DNA of 64,000 nt from Mobula hypostoma. Taxonomy: Eukaryota. The position numbers and the translations under genes were made by a program. Every line of letters starts with the position of its first letter. The first letter of the stretch is position 1. Below the pieces are notes generated by a model, which was given only the letters and a program-made list of their open reading frames with translations, ran no database searches and was not told where the DNA came from. The stretch spans positions 112,966,001 to 113,030,000 of the forward strand of contig NC_086097.1 of assembly GCF_963921235.1 (NCBI RefSeq), written 5' to 3'. Positions 1 through 12,659 of this stretch are shown one piece after another.

Positions 1-1170
1 TGATGTCCAGGTGCTGTAGAGGAGGGTGGAGAGCCAGAGAAATTGCATCTGTTGAGGCAGTAGACAAATTTCAAAGGGTGCAGGTCCTTGCTCAAAAAGG
101 GTTAATTCTAGTCATAACCAACTGTTCGAAGCACTTCATTACGGTCGATTTGGGTGCTACCAGTCAACAGACATTGAAGCAGCTCACCTTGCTCTTTTTG
201 GGCACCCTGTCCAAGTAGTGGGAACCTCAGACTGGAGCAGGGAGAGGTGGGTGATGCCCTTGAACACTCCACCCACTTGGTCAGAACAGATTTCCAGTAT
301 CCAGACAGAGACAAATACAATCTCACGGTCTGATGCCTTGAGAGTTCAGCTTTAAAGGATATTCTGAGACAGATCACAGAGACACCAGATGCTCTGAGGA
401 TTCACACATGCAGAGTTATTTTCCATTACAAAGCATGCACAAGAGTTTCTGAGCTCACCAGGGAGTGAAATACTTACCATTGGCAATTATGCAGCTAAGT
501 TTCACCTTATAGGAAGTAATGACATGCAAACCCTACACTGCTATTGTGGCATCTGACAGAGGACCTTAATTTCACATGGGATTGCCATTTTGCTCTCACG
601 GTGTTAGTTACATCTGGACTTCTTGTAGTGTTCTAGATCACTGGTCTTGAGCACCACCAATCTGGCAATGTGCAGTCATGGTGCTCCAGTCTTGGAGGGA
701 ATGGAATTGGTGGTGGGTGGTGTGCCAATGAAGAGGCTTTGTCCTCGATGATGTTGAGCTTCTATGGTTGTTGGAACTGCATTCAACCAGACAATGAAAT
801 AGTGTTCCATTATTATCCTGACTTGTGCTTAGTAAGTACAATAGGTCCAGTGAAATTTATGGTTGTTGGTGATCCTAGAACGTGGATGATAAATGTAATG
901 TAATTGTACTACCACCAGATGCCAACAATAGACGTTTAGACTCTCTCTTCTTGGGAATGCTCATTGTCTGGAACCCTCGTGGTGGAAATGTCTGGAACCC
1001 TCGTGGTGGGAAAACCTGCCAATTAATCAGCGAGTACCTGACTGTTGTCTTTATCTGTCTGTACATCGATATGGACTACTTCACTGACTGAGGCTCCAAA
1101 GTAGAAACAAAAATTGTAAACTCAGTGAATGTCCCCTCTTCTGAACATGGGGCAGTCAATTATGAGGCAG
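1..1170 (-). mobile_element. Degenerate Rex1/Babar-type LINE fragment (endonuclease to RT N-terminus)
   Basis: Minus strand at ~115-160 translates VAPKSTVMKCFEQLV, the Rex/Babar VALTxxxMKCFERLV motif. Many stops and frameshifts. Boundaries approximate. Confidence 0.7.
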
Positions 1171-1320
1171 CTGAAAGCTGGGCCAAGGGCACTGGCCCAC
1201 AGAAATTTTGCAGCCTCGTGCTGTGGCTAGATTGACACACATCCAATTACTACTACCACCTTCATTAATGCAAAATATGCCTTCTTTGAGTGTATTTTCC
1301 CCTTTGTGCCCATCAATATC

Positions 1321-2140
1321 CGTGAAACCCCTTTTTACCGGGTGTCTCTAGGGATGCATCTTGTGGCCTCTCACTAACAGTCAACCAATTCAGTGGTGAG
1401 TAAACTACCTTTCTCAGACCCCATATGTCTTAGGTCCTGCTAAACCATGAGGTCGGGACGTCTCACCCACCCGAAACCTGATTTGAGTGAGTACTGTGTA
1501 ATACAGTATAGCTCTCCCATGCAATCACCTGGCAGCAAGAAATAACAGACCATACACGGCATACGATTATAAAGAAAGTACATTTATGAATGTTAACCTA
1601 ACCAAACAGTTATGAAAGAAAAGGAAAAAAATAAAAGGGCCCATTATAATTGAACAGTCAAATGTGCACTTAAGTTGGAGCTCATCTTAGAGTTGCCTTG
1701 AACTCATGTGCTGAACCCTTGGTCTGTGTGAATGCACACACCACCTTCCGAATGTTGCTCAAAATCTATCTCAAATGAACAGGCTCTCCCATGAAAGCAT
1801 TGGTCCTTCCTCCTTGAAGCCATTCATCTGCACCCAACACCTTCTGCAACAGGGATGGCATCCTCAGCCTTCTTCCCTCCTGGCCTCTCCCAGCTCCCCC
1901 CAAGAAGTCTTCAACCTACACCAGTGTTCATCACAAAAACCTCTCCACCCAGCGTTCCCCGGAACCTTCTCCCAATTCCACCATCCTGATTGGCTGGCGC
2001 AACATTCCGAAATTGAACAACAAAGCCTCTTATCTCCCCTCAAACCCAAACAGGCTGAAAGCAAAACAGACTGTTCTTACAGAATTGCTGAAATGAAATA
2101 CCTATAGGCTAGCAGTAAGAATCATAACTAGGGCATTACG
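1321..2140 (-). mobile_element. Possible solo LTR
   Basis: Minus strand begins (c)gtaatgccctagttatg, resembling a TGTAATGCCC LTR start, and has LTR-like composition. No clean TSD found. Confidence 0.3.
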
Positions 2141-2507
2141 TCAGTTATTACCATTGCTCCTCATACCACACCCATGTTCAAGAATCCAGATTTTCTGTCC
2201 ATTCATGACCATAATAAAACCTTACCAATCTCACCAAATAAAGCATCGAAGAAGACTGCAGTCGTCAAGGTGGTTGTGGAGAATGAGCCAGTGTTCAGTG
2301 CTATCTACCACCCTCTCGCTCACTGCCACCGGAGAAGGTGGCTGCATATGGCAGTCTCACTTTCCCCTCCTTGCTTGCTGCACCCGAGGGAAGGCTCTTA
2401 CATTTGAGCGAAGTCTCTCTCTCCCTCAATGCTGTCAGCAAATGGTGCCGAAGCAACGTTTAATGGACACAGACTGTGGATTTGGACACTAATTCAGGTT
2501 TATGATC

Positions 2508-2812
2508 AGAATCAGAATCAGGTTTATCATCATCGGCATGTGACGTGAAATTTGTTAATTTAGCAACTGCAGTTCAATGCAGTACATAATCTAGCAGAGA
2601 AAAAATAATACTAATAATAAATAAGATTTTAAAAATAATAATAATAAATAAACAAGTAAATCAATTACATATATTGAATAGTTTAAAAAAACATGCAAAA
2701 ACAGAAATACTGTATATTTTTTAAAAAAGCGATGTAGTGTCCAAAGATTCAATGTCCATTTAGGAATCGGATGGCAGGGGAGAAGAAGCTGTTCCTAAAT
2801 CACTGAGTGTGT
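2508..2812 (-). mobile_element. LINE 3' end (Rex/Babar-like) with (CTGATT)n tail, nested in an older repeat
   Basis: atcagaatcagaatcagg tail; the same 3' UTR recurs at ~9290, ~14600, ~31700, ~42200 and ~43750. Confidence 0.6.
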
Positions 2813-3609
2813 TCTGGTTTCCAGTTCTAGTTCTGGGCGCTCTTTTTTGTTACTAATTTTGGCCAATTTTTGAATCAGGGCAGTCTGCAGATAACATACA
2901 CTGAGCTTAACTGTACCAAAATATGCCTTTTGATTTTGTGTTTTATATTCCGTGTTTTCGCTTGCCTTTTTGTTGCTGTTTGCACGTGGATGAGGGAGAG
3001 GGGGTTTAATGTTTGATGATTTTTGAATGGGTTGGTTCCATGGTTCTTCGCTTCATGGCTGTCTGTGGGGAAGACAAATTTCAGGGATGCATACTGCATA
3101 CATACTTTGATAACAAATGTACTTTGAATCTTTGAGTAGGCCAACTAGTCTGTAAGCTCATGGCTAATCTAGCTGTGGGCTCAGTTCCACCGACCTTTTC
3201 CCCATAACCCTTAATTTCCCTACTATGCAAACATCTATCAAATTGTGTCTTAAATATATTTACTAATGTCCCTCGCCAAGTCAAAACTGGGCATGAGTGA
3301 AGATGCTTTTGGAAAGCAAGTACAACTGAATATTACTTTCAGGGACATCTTGCATCATTTGCTGATATTTCCCCAAGGTTTAATTAGGTGGTTTTGAACT
3401 GAATTGGATTTGTCCTGCTTAGTTAAAAGAGAAAGAGGATGCTACCCGTTTCCTTTTCCTACACTTTCTGATTTTGCAGTTTGAAAACTGTTTTTTTTTA
3501 ATTTTATCTAATGGCAACTCATGTGCACAGGAAAATCTTATCAGCTACATTAAGTTTTGCCTTCATTTAGTCAGTTGAGACATATATATTTCCAAGGATA
3601 TTTTATAAA

Positions 3610-3875
3610 CATACAGATGTTGCAAATCCAAGGCAGCACACACAAAATGTTGGAGCAACTCAACAGGTCAAGTTCATCCACCCAACATTCCCCACCTTCT
3701 GGTTTCACCTATCACCTTCTAACTTGTACTCCAACTTTTCTCACCTTCTTCTTCTGGCTTCTGCCCGTTCCTTCCCAGTCCTGACGAAGGGTCTTGGTCC
3801 GAAACGTTGACTATTTATTCATCTCTGTAGATGCTGCCTGACCTGCTGAGCTCCTCCAGCATCTTGCATGTGCTG
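3610..3875 (+). mobile_element. Penelope-like element (PLE) terminal-repeat fragment with short inverted copy
   Basis: Inverted arm 3610-3670 followed by a forward copy containing the hammerhead motif and the gatgctgcctgacctgctgag tail shared with other copies. Confidence 0.7.
3777..3812 (+). ncRNA. Minimal type-I hammerhead ribozyme motif (PLE-associated)
   Basis: agtc-CTGACGA-agggtcttggtcc-GAAA-cgtt-gact: stem I agtc/gact, intact core boxes, GUU cleavage triplet. Confidence 0.75.
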
Positions 3876-4974
3876 CTGCCAGAACACTTCGAAGCTTTTC
3901 TTCTGCTAATATCACAGAAACTTTCCCAACTGTCTGAAGTCTCATTTTAAAATTTTAACCAAAATTCGATGGCTATTGTACTGCAGCTGCTCTCAATCAC
4001 CCTATTGAAGTATCAGTCAGAATTAGGAGGCACTTGAATTGTTGCTATTGAATACAGGAACATGCCAAGCTGTGAGGAAGTATGTGGTGGGCCACAGAAG
4101 GACCAAGATGAATGAGAGAAGTTGGCAGATACGTGGAAAATGCTGACTTTTCAGGCTTGTTTTCCTTCCAGCTGTTTCTGGCATGTGTCATTCTCCTTAC
4201 TATTTCTGACAGCACTGACATAACAGTAGCAACAGGCTAATGAAAGCAACAAACAAAATCATTTCATTTACGAAGCATGTCATAAGGAAGTGTTCAGAAC
4301 AAAAGTTAAAGCAAACGTATCAGCATATGGACATACTTATCACCAGAAAGCTATGGTTGGCTCTACATATCAATTAACACAAAGTGCAATTTTCACATAT
4401 GGACAAGTGTTGATTCACATAATTGCTTGAGTACCACCCTGTTTCCAACCAGGTTACATGTGCACCTTGACTGAATGTCCTGCCGTCATCACCCCACCCA
4501 CTCCTCCACTCCTCCACTCCCCCACTCACAAACACACACCCTCACACTGCAGTGGTCATTATTTTAAATCTTTTATTGCTGCTGTTTCACATATTTATAC
4601 TATTGCTTGCTTCATTCTAATAGTGCCAGTAACATTATACTGTCTTAGATAAACATGCAACTTGTAATCTATTTCATCCTGTCAATCTTCAGGCCATGCC
4701 ATTCCGGGACTTGTGCTAATATTATTTTGTGACTGTATGTGCTGGATTGTAACTATATGTGCTATGTGTGACTATGTACTGTGTTTTGCATCTTGTCCCC
4801 AAAAGGAACAACGTTTCATTTACCTGTATACATGTATACGGTTGAATGACAGTAAACTTGAACTTGAATACAATACTATTGTTAACATGGTCTCTCAGTG
4901 TTAGAGAAGCCCACGAGTTATTTATTGGTTAATGAAGTATTTACCAAGTACATTGTATACACAATTATGGAGTT

Positions 4975-5460
4975 ACACAGCAAAACACACAAAATGCTGG
5001 AGGAACTCAGCAGGTCAGGCAGCATCTATGGAGATGAATAAACAGTCGATGCTTCAGGCCGAGACCCTTCTTCGGGACTGAAAAGGAAGTGGGAGGATGT
5101 CAAAATAAAAAGATGAGGGAGGGGAAGAAGGCTAGCTGGAAGTGATAGGTGAAGCCGGGTGGGTGGGAAAAGTAAAGAGCAGGAGAAGAAGGACTCTGAT
5201 AGGAGAGGAAAGTAGACCTTAGGAGAAAGGGAAAGAGAAGGGGCACCAGAAGCAGATGAGGAGAGGTAAAAGGCCAGAATGGAGAATAGAAGAAGAGGGA
5301 AGGATGAAGGAAAATTACCATTGTTTCACTGATGATCCCTTTACACCTCACATTTTGCATAAAAAATACAACAGATGTTGGAATACCGAAATTAAAAAAA
5401 ATGCTGGAAACACCTGGCAGATTGAGTAGCATTAGCACAAAGGGGTAGAGAATTAATAGA
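4975..5460 (-). mobile_element. PLE terminal-repeat fragments with mutated hammerhead motif (5043-5080)
   Basis: Reverse complement reads cagtc-CCGAAGA-agggtctcggcct-GAAG-catc-gactg; core boxes mutated, stem I intact. Confidence 0.7.
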
Positions 5461-5949
5461 ACTGGAATGAAGAGAAAAGAGAGAATGAAGAGAAAAAATA
5501 AGATTTATGTCGCAGGGGGAGAAGACGAAAGGGAATGAATAATCATGCAAGAGCAAGATCAGGGTTGTCATGGAGATGAGCATTCACTCTCCCTCTACTA
5601 CCACCTCTTTAAAAGTCTGCGATGTAGATCAAGTCCATTGGGATTTATCAATCCTGAAACTTATTAACTTCTTTGGCAGAATTTTTGAAGAATACATTTT
5701 CCTTACTACTTTATTTGCACTTATTCTTTATCTGCTAGTGTTTCTGAGAGGTTATTTGTCTTCTTCTGTGAAGACAAGCACAAAGTAATTATTTAATTCA
5801 ATATAGAAGACTGAAGATTGTTTCTTGTCATTCTTCAGTATATGAGCATAAAAGAGAATGAGATGATTGTTACTCTGGATCCAATGTGGCATAAAAATTA
5901 TAATACGCATAAAGAGCATGATAACAAAACAATAAAGAACACACAATAA

Positions 5950-6460
5950 ATATCAATATAAAAGTAATCCTATAAAACACAATGTACATTATTCTGCTAT
6001 TTCTTTTGACCTTCTCTGTCTGTCTGAAACCATTATTTGCTTTCACTAGTCTTATCCTTTTTATATACAGTATCCACAACAACCCCTTAAAATCTGGTCT
6101 TTGTGCTTCTCCTAGCCTACGTACTCTGCTTTCCTCTTCTTTACAAATACTTTGGTTATCCCTTACTGAATTCTAAAACACACTCTATTACTTCCATTTC
6201 AAACTTTCTGCATTATCTGGCAGGTTTATCACCCTCGATTTGATATTGTCTTTCAGTCCTCCTGTAATTCATGTTCAAGGCATTTTTCCAGCTCTGTTTA
6301 TGTGCTTTAAGGGAACGTATATTTATTGCAAGTCATAGCTAATTTCTTTAAGTACTAGACATTATTTGTCCAGCCTTTTCCATAGCTTCCTAATCTACTA
6401 CAGCCAAGCTGTTCTTTGTACTGCCATAGTTTTACTTCACAGCATTGAAAACCCAGGTAT
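5950..6460 (-). mobile_element. Ancient L1-like ORF2 relic
   Basis: Minus strand gives TERQYQIEGDKPAR, resembling the L1 ORF2 QxYYExGDKxxK motif. Highly degenerate. Confidence 0.3.
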
Positions 6461-6774
6461 CAAGTTCGCTAAATCACTTTCAAACTTAATGTAAATTTCA
6501 GCATATTGTCATTCATTTCCAGGAGCCATTTACAACAGAAATATTGAGAACCATTTCTTATTTTACACAGAGCAAAATCTATAAAGTCTCATCCTTATTC
6601 TGCATGCTGAAGAACCACACTGAGAACAAGTTGTTTTATGTTAACTGATACGCTATAAAAAAAAGTTTATTAACAACTTGGTTGTAAGGAGGCCCATGGG
6701 AAATAATGAGCAATATTATTAGATTTTACACTGAGTTTGAAAATGATATACTTCATTTCAAACTATTTTCAAAT

Positions 6775-7125
6775 ACTCTGGAGTATAAGAGAATGAGGGG
6801 AGAGTTGATAGAGGTATGAGGGGTTTGGAGAGGGTAAATGCAAGCAGGTTTTTTCCACTGAGCTTGGGTGAAACTCAAACTAGAGGTCATTGGTTAAGTG
6901 TGGAAGGTGATATGTTTAAGGGGAACATGAGGGGAAATTTCACTCATGTTGGTGAGAATGTGGAACAAGCTGCCAGCAGTAGTGATGGCTGCAGGTTTGA
7001 TGTCAACATTTAGGAGAAGTTTGGATGGGCTATGGTCCAGGTGCAGGTCAACTGGGCTAGGCAAAGTAATAGTTCAGGACTAGATGAGCTGAAGGGCCTT
7101 TTCTTGTCCTTTAGTGAACTATGAC
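6775..7125 (+). mobile_element. CR1 LINE 3' fragment (old)
   Basis: MRGLERVNASRFFP...TRGH C-terminal CR1 motifs and a gggctgaagggcct-like 3' UTR. Confidence 0.8.
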
Positions 7126-7699
7126 TTTAAAAGTTCAACTTCTACATCATTTGTACAAATTAGATCTGCTCAAGTGATGTGTAATATTCCCCATGTTACA
7201 TACATTAATTTCCTTGTTCATACAATGCCCGACATCATAATTACCACTTGAAGACCTAGAAAAATATTGCTCCAAAGTTTTCTATTCACTGCTGCTTCTT
7301 AGTTCTACCCAAATTTCAATTTTATACAACGATCCACAGTAATCAGAAATCCTTCTTAATACTGTATTGTGTGGGGTTTGCTATCTCTGAAGTTCTGAAC
7401 ACAAATGAAAATCTCAATCCCTATCCAATAGAGATAGTTATAGGTACCCTCACTAAAGTGAGGTTATACTGAGGCTACCTACTCTTCAAAGACCAGTTTA
7501 CTTCCCTGTTCGTCCAATTCAGCAAGCTTAGCTGCCAGAACCCACTATTTGAGTGCAGGGTCCCCCCTCCTTACGAAGGAGGAGATACTTCCAGCTAAGA
7601 AAGCTCACAGAGTATTTCTATTTTACAAAAGACTACTAAATTACAAGCAATTGTTAAAACGCAGAGGATTTCCAAAACACAGGTACAATTCCTATAAGA

Positions 7700-8000
7700 T
7701 AAAATGACATACCAACAAGTTGCAGAAGAACAAATCATCTGTTGTAAAAATCGAAGACAGAGGATTAGATTCTAGTCCCTTCATCTTTCTGTAATTCTTC
7801 TTGATTTCCTTGGACCATTCTTAAAAAGCCTGACTGTTCTCTTACATTTATACTGTTTTTCTGCCACTTAGGTGACTTCACAGACATGTGATATTTTTTC
7901 TGATGCATTTTCACATAGGTGGTTGACAAGTTTCTGGGGACAGAGATTCCCAGATACCCACAATTATTGTTGTGAAGCTGACTCCCTGAGTACATAAATC
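7700..8000 (-). mobile_element. Ancient L1-like RT C-terminal relic
   Basis: GYLGISVPRNLSTTY resembles the L1 KYLGI..I...L..LY motif. Nothing else recognisable. Confidence 0.3.
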
Positions 8001-9698
8001 TTCTAACTATTAATAAATCAGCTGTTTGATATGCTAAGTGATAATATCAATCTGGTCTGCAAGCTTCCTTGAATTAAATAACTTAGCCAGCATTGTCTGA
8101 TTTGACATAACCTCATTGTCTTACACTGCATTGTTTAAGCAGTAAGTCCCGTGCTATTGGCCAGCAGTCTGTGCTCTATAGACAGCGCCGTTCACTTGCA
8201 AAGCTGATCTTTGATGTCAGACTGATTATTGCTTGCAACTTACATTAAGAACTGAAGACTGACTCCTATTTCCGACAAGGAGCTGAACAAAGAACATTGG
8301 TTAGGCATTTATCTTACTCAAAAACAACTCTTTAATCTCACAGATGCTCACAGCTGCTGTTTAGAAAACTGAGCTTAGTGAAAAAGCCCCCTCCCCCTCA
8401 CAATAGCGCTGGACAGTGATTATCCATCACAACTAATGACATGTTTCTCCTTGCCTTTTTCCATTGTGCCTGTCCTTCCAAAATGTCAAACACCATGAAA
8501 TATTTCTCAGCTTTGATCACCCAGCAGCTATATTTCTGTTCTGGTAATTAGACCATACCCATTTAAGTCTCTTTGTACCATAAATCCAATCTAGATCATC
8601 TATCTAGTAGCAGATACAGTATACATTTAGAATCAATGCATTTAGACAGCCTTTTAACATTTTTCTGTCACCTGGCCTTATCTGCTATTTGCCTCTGATT
8701 CTCTCACCTAGTTATGTTTCTAACTAAAAAGTAGTGAGATCAGACACACCTTTAAGTAACAGATGGAAAATATCACATGTGCATGCCTAACACTGATAAT
8801 CAACTTTAAAAGTGTTTAAAATACAACAAAATGCTTCAGATAATAAATTACAAAACATTAAATGTTAGTATTATTGTGATTAAATCAGTGCAAGGTATTT
8901 TTGTTAGTACAAATGTTTAGAAAGTAAAAAAGTAACAAGAGTCTTTTGATCCTGAAAACTATCCTCACCTACCGTAATTTCACACTTTATCGTTTCATGC
9001 TCATATATTTTACACTGTTGCACAAAATCACAGAACTGCCAGAGAAGCAACAATGCAACCACCTACTGCTTTATCATAAAACTTCTCCATATTTAATCCA
9101 GCTGTAAGAAAACAGAACATCCTGCTTGGAATTTGACTTTTAGTGCATACAAAATTGCCAGGAGCTGGGAAAGATGGTAATGAATCTGATCTCATGGTGA
9201 AGGAAGATGAAGTGGTGAATTGATAATTCTTTTTGACACAATGATTTGTCATTATACATTTCCCAGTAAGAGTGTCATCTGACTCAGAGGCAGAGTCAGG
9301 TTGAATATCACTGGCATTGGTTGTGAAATTTGTTGCTTTGTGGCAGATCTACACTGCAATACATAATAAGAACTATGAATTACAATAAGAAATATATATT
9401 ATAAAACACATTCAATAAAAAGGAGGGCAAAAAAAAAGAAATTCCGTGAGGTAGTGTTCGTGAGTTCATTGTCCATTCAGAAATTTCAGGCATAGGAGAA
9501 GAAACTGATCTTGAAACCTTGAGTGTGTATATTCAGGTTCCTGTACCTCCACTTTGATGGTAGCAATTAGAAGAGGGCCTGTCCTGGGTGATGTATTTTT
9601 ATAGCCAACCCAGGGACTGGGATTTTATTTGGGCCAGGCTTTCTGTTTCTTATGTGCCATTAATTGGCTTAGCTTAATTTCAGATGGTGGGACAATAA

Positions 9699-10489
9699 CA
9701 CTGGACAACAAAGATTTTGCTTTCTGAATACTTTTGGATCTACCTCATGGATTTTGGGCTGCTGATCATAAAAATCACCATGATATTTCCTTATAATGCA
9801 CCATTTTTTGAATCGCCTCTATTTGTTATTTCAATTCATAATTCAAGTCAAATTAACTGATGCCAAAATTAAGGAAGGCATTTTTGTTGGTCCACAAATC
9901 AAATAGGTCATCAATGATAGGCAATTTGAAGAACTTCTAATGGAACCAGAGAAAATTGCATGAAAGGCATTCAAGGATGTTGTTGAAGATGTTCTTGGCA
10001 ATTATAGAGCACCAAACTACATGCTGTCAATATGCTTCAAGCATACTAAACCATGAAATGCAACATGTCACTAAAGATTCATTTTCTGCATTCCCATTCT
10101 TCCCTGCAAATTTTGGTGCTGTCAGTGATGAGCATGGTGAATGTTTTCACCAGGTCATTGCGGTCATGGAGAAACGGTATCAGGGCAACTGGCATCCATC
10201 AATGCAAGTTAATTATTGTTCGACATTTAAATGAGAAGTCTCAGACTCTGAGTGCAAAAGAAAATAATCAACAAAACATTTTTAGCTTAGTTGAACTATT
10301 GCAAAATGTCAGCACCATTTAAACTCATTATTCACATTATATTCAATAAAAGTTAATTTCTTGTTTCTCCAAATTCCTACATCATACCAGTAGTCTAAAA
10401 TTATATTTGTGTTCAGCTTCAAGAGGCCTATCATAAACAAAAATAATTTCTGAGGCAGCAGCACTTCGGAAAAAGATGGTTGTCCTGCG
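9699..10489 (+). mobile_element. Internally deleted Chapaev3-type (CMC superfamily) DNA transposon
   Basis: Left TIR CACTGGACAAC (9699) and right GTTGTCCTGCG (ends 10489, 9/11 match). TAA duplicated at 9696-9698 and 10490-10492. Transposase C-terminus KIKEGIFVGPQI...CNMSLKIHFLHSH..FPANFGAVSDEHGECFHQVIAVMEKRYQGNW with stops and frameshifts. Confidence 0.8.
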
Positions 10490-11149
10490 TAATCTGAGTA
10501 GACAACATCTTAGAAATTCAGACATAAATGTAGGAATTGAAAGAATTGTCAGCAGGTCAGGTGATGTTTGGGGAAAAAGAAAAAAGAGAAAAGAGCTAAA
10601 ATTTTAGGTCACTCACTTTTGACCAGGACGTTAAGAACCCTTGAAAATATGTGACTAACACCAGATTTTTCAGGGCGTCGTCATTTTAGGTTTTTATATG
10701 CGCCCCTAATGCTCAAGTTTGCCCACTTAAGCAGCAGCATAAGAATTTATTTTGGATAGGAACACAGTCCTGCAACTTCAGAAAGGTGTCAGCTTACGGA
10801 AACCTGGGTCAATAGGTGTCAGGGCCAAGTAGCGATCAATAGCTATATCACCACTGCAAATGATGCACAGCATGAAGGGTTGCTGATTGAATGGTAGAAC
10901 AGGCAGATATGCAGACTTAGGCTGACATCACCAACATGGTCAAAATTGTAAACACTTGGCGAAGGGATGTACATGTTAGGAAGTGCTCTTGGACATAATT
11001 AAAGAGGGAAGGGGGGAAGTACGTGGTGGGGAAATATATGCAAAAATTGTTCTTAAGATGTTAAGATTTCTCATTACTGTATTAATATGAACGTTCCTCT
11101 TCATCAATTGGATCCTCAAACAGAAGTGGTTTGATACCACCAAAGTATA

Positions 11150-12230
11150 AAGTAAATTTATTATCGAAGTACATATATGTCACAATATACAACCCTAAAG
11201 TTCATTTTCTTGTGGGCAAACACAGTAAATAAAAGAAGCGGAATAGAATCAATGATAGACCCAGCAGGGTGGACAACAGCCAATGTGAAAACAAAAAACA
11301 ACAAACTGTGCAAATACAAACCAAAAGAAATAATAATAATAATAATAATAATAAATATACATTGAGAAGGTGAGATGAAGAGCCCTTAAAAGTGAGTCCA
11401 GTTCAGTGGGAACATTTCAGTGATGGGGCGAGTGAAGTTGAGTGAGGTTATCCCCTCTGGTTTAAAAGCCTGACAGTTGAGGGGTAATTACTCTGGTTGT
11501 GTTGGTTCTGATGCTCCTGTACATTCTTCCTGATGGCTGTGGCAGGAAGAGAGCAGAGCCTGGATGGTGGGGGTCCTTGATGCCTCTTTCCTGTGACAGC
11601 ACACTGTGTAGATGTGCTTTACCCATGATGAACTGGGCTATATCCAACACTTTTGTAGGCTTTCCTAACAAGGGCATTGGGGTTTCCACATCAGGCTGTG
11701 ATGCAACCAGCCAATACACTCTGCACCACACAACTATAGAAGTTTGTCCAACTTTTACATGACATGCTGAATCTTTGTGAACTTCTAAGAAGTAGAGACA
11801 CTGCTTTACTAGATCCAGGACGGATCCTCTGAAATTATAACACAGAGGAATTTAAGTTTGATGACGCTCTCCACCTCTGAGTCCCCCGGTGAGGACTGGT
11901 TCATGGACCTCCTATTGCCTCCTCTTGTAGTTAATAATCAGTTCTTTGAGTGAGAGGTTGCTGCTGGGGCACCACTCAGCCAGATTTTCAATCTCCTACT
12001 ATTTGCTGATTCATCACCACCCTCTGTTCGGTCAATAACATCGACAAACTTAAGTATGGCATTGGAGCTGTGCTAAACCTCACAGACATAAGTACAAAGT
12101 GAGTAAAGCAGGGGGCTAAGCACACAGCTTTGTGGTGTACCTATGCTGATGGAGATTGTGGAGGAGATGTTGACTAGCAACTGGAAGTGAGGAAATTGAG
12201 GATCCAATTGCACAAGGAAGTAGGACATGA
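11150..12230 (-). mobile_element. Rex/Babar-type LINE 3' portion
   Basis: GTPQSCVLSPLLYSL (RT), IKDPHHPG..LF...PSGRMYRSI (C-terminus) and family 3' UTR. Confidence 0.8.
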
Positions 12231-12659
12231 GGACAAGTGGCTCACTGGGCCACATCATTAGGCTCTTAAAAGTCAACCAAATCTTGGTGCACACTTTTAC
12301 TTGGACCATGTCTTTACTTCTATATTTTCAAGCTGACTTCAAGTTGTTATGAAAACTGCTATATAATTCCTGTGATGTACATTCTCTAGGTTATTAAACC
12401 AACCTTCATATTACTGTAGATTTCCAAGTTCAAAATGGCAAAAGTTAGTTACTGAACTTACCTACTTGAAAGCATAAAAATATAATAGTTATGGCAATAA
12501 CTTAAACTACACTATTACCGTAAATTAATATTCTTGCATCCTCCAAAGGAACTTTCTGATCTACCTACCACCGCCCAGCCAACCAACACATTTCAATAAA
12601 TAGTTATAGCCAAATATACTTCAACACAATATACCTGAAGCAAATGCAAAGATCTTTGT

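Noticed and set aside
965..1012. 24-bp tandem duplication tgtctggaaccctcgtggtggaaa
   Set aside because: Simple local slippage inside a dead LINE.
8974..9102. Minus-strand exon-like segment (ttttcttacag| ... |gtaggt)
   Set aside because: Stops in all three frames and no other support; at most non-coding.
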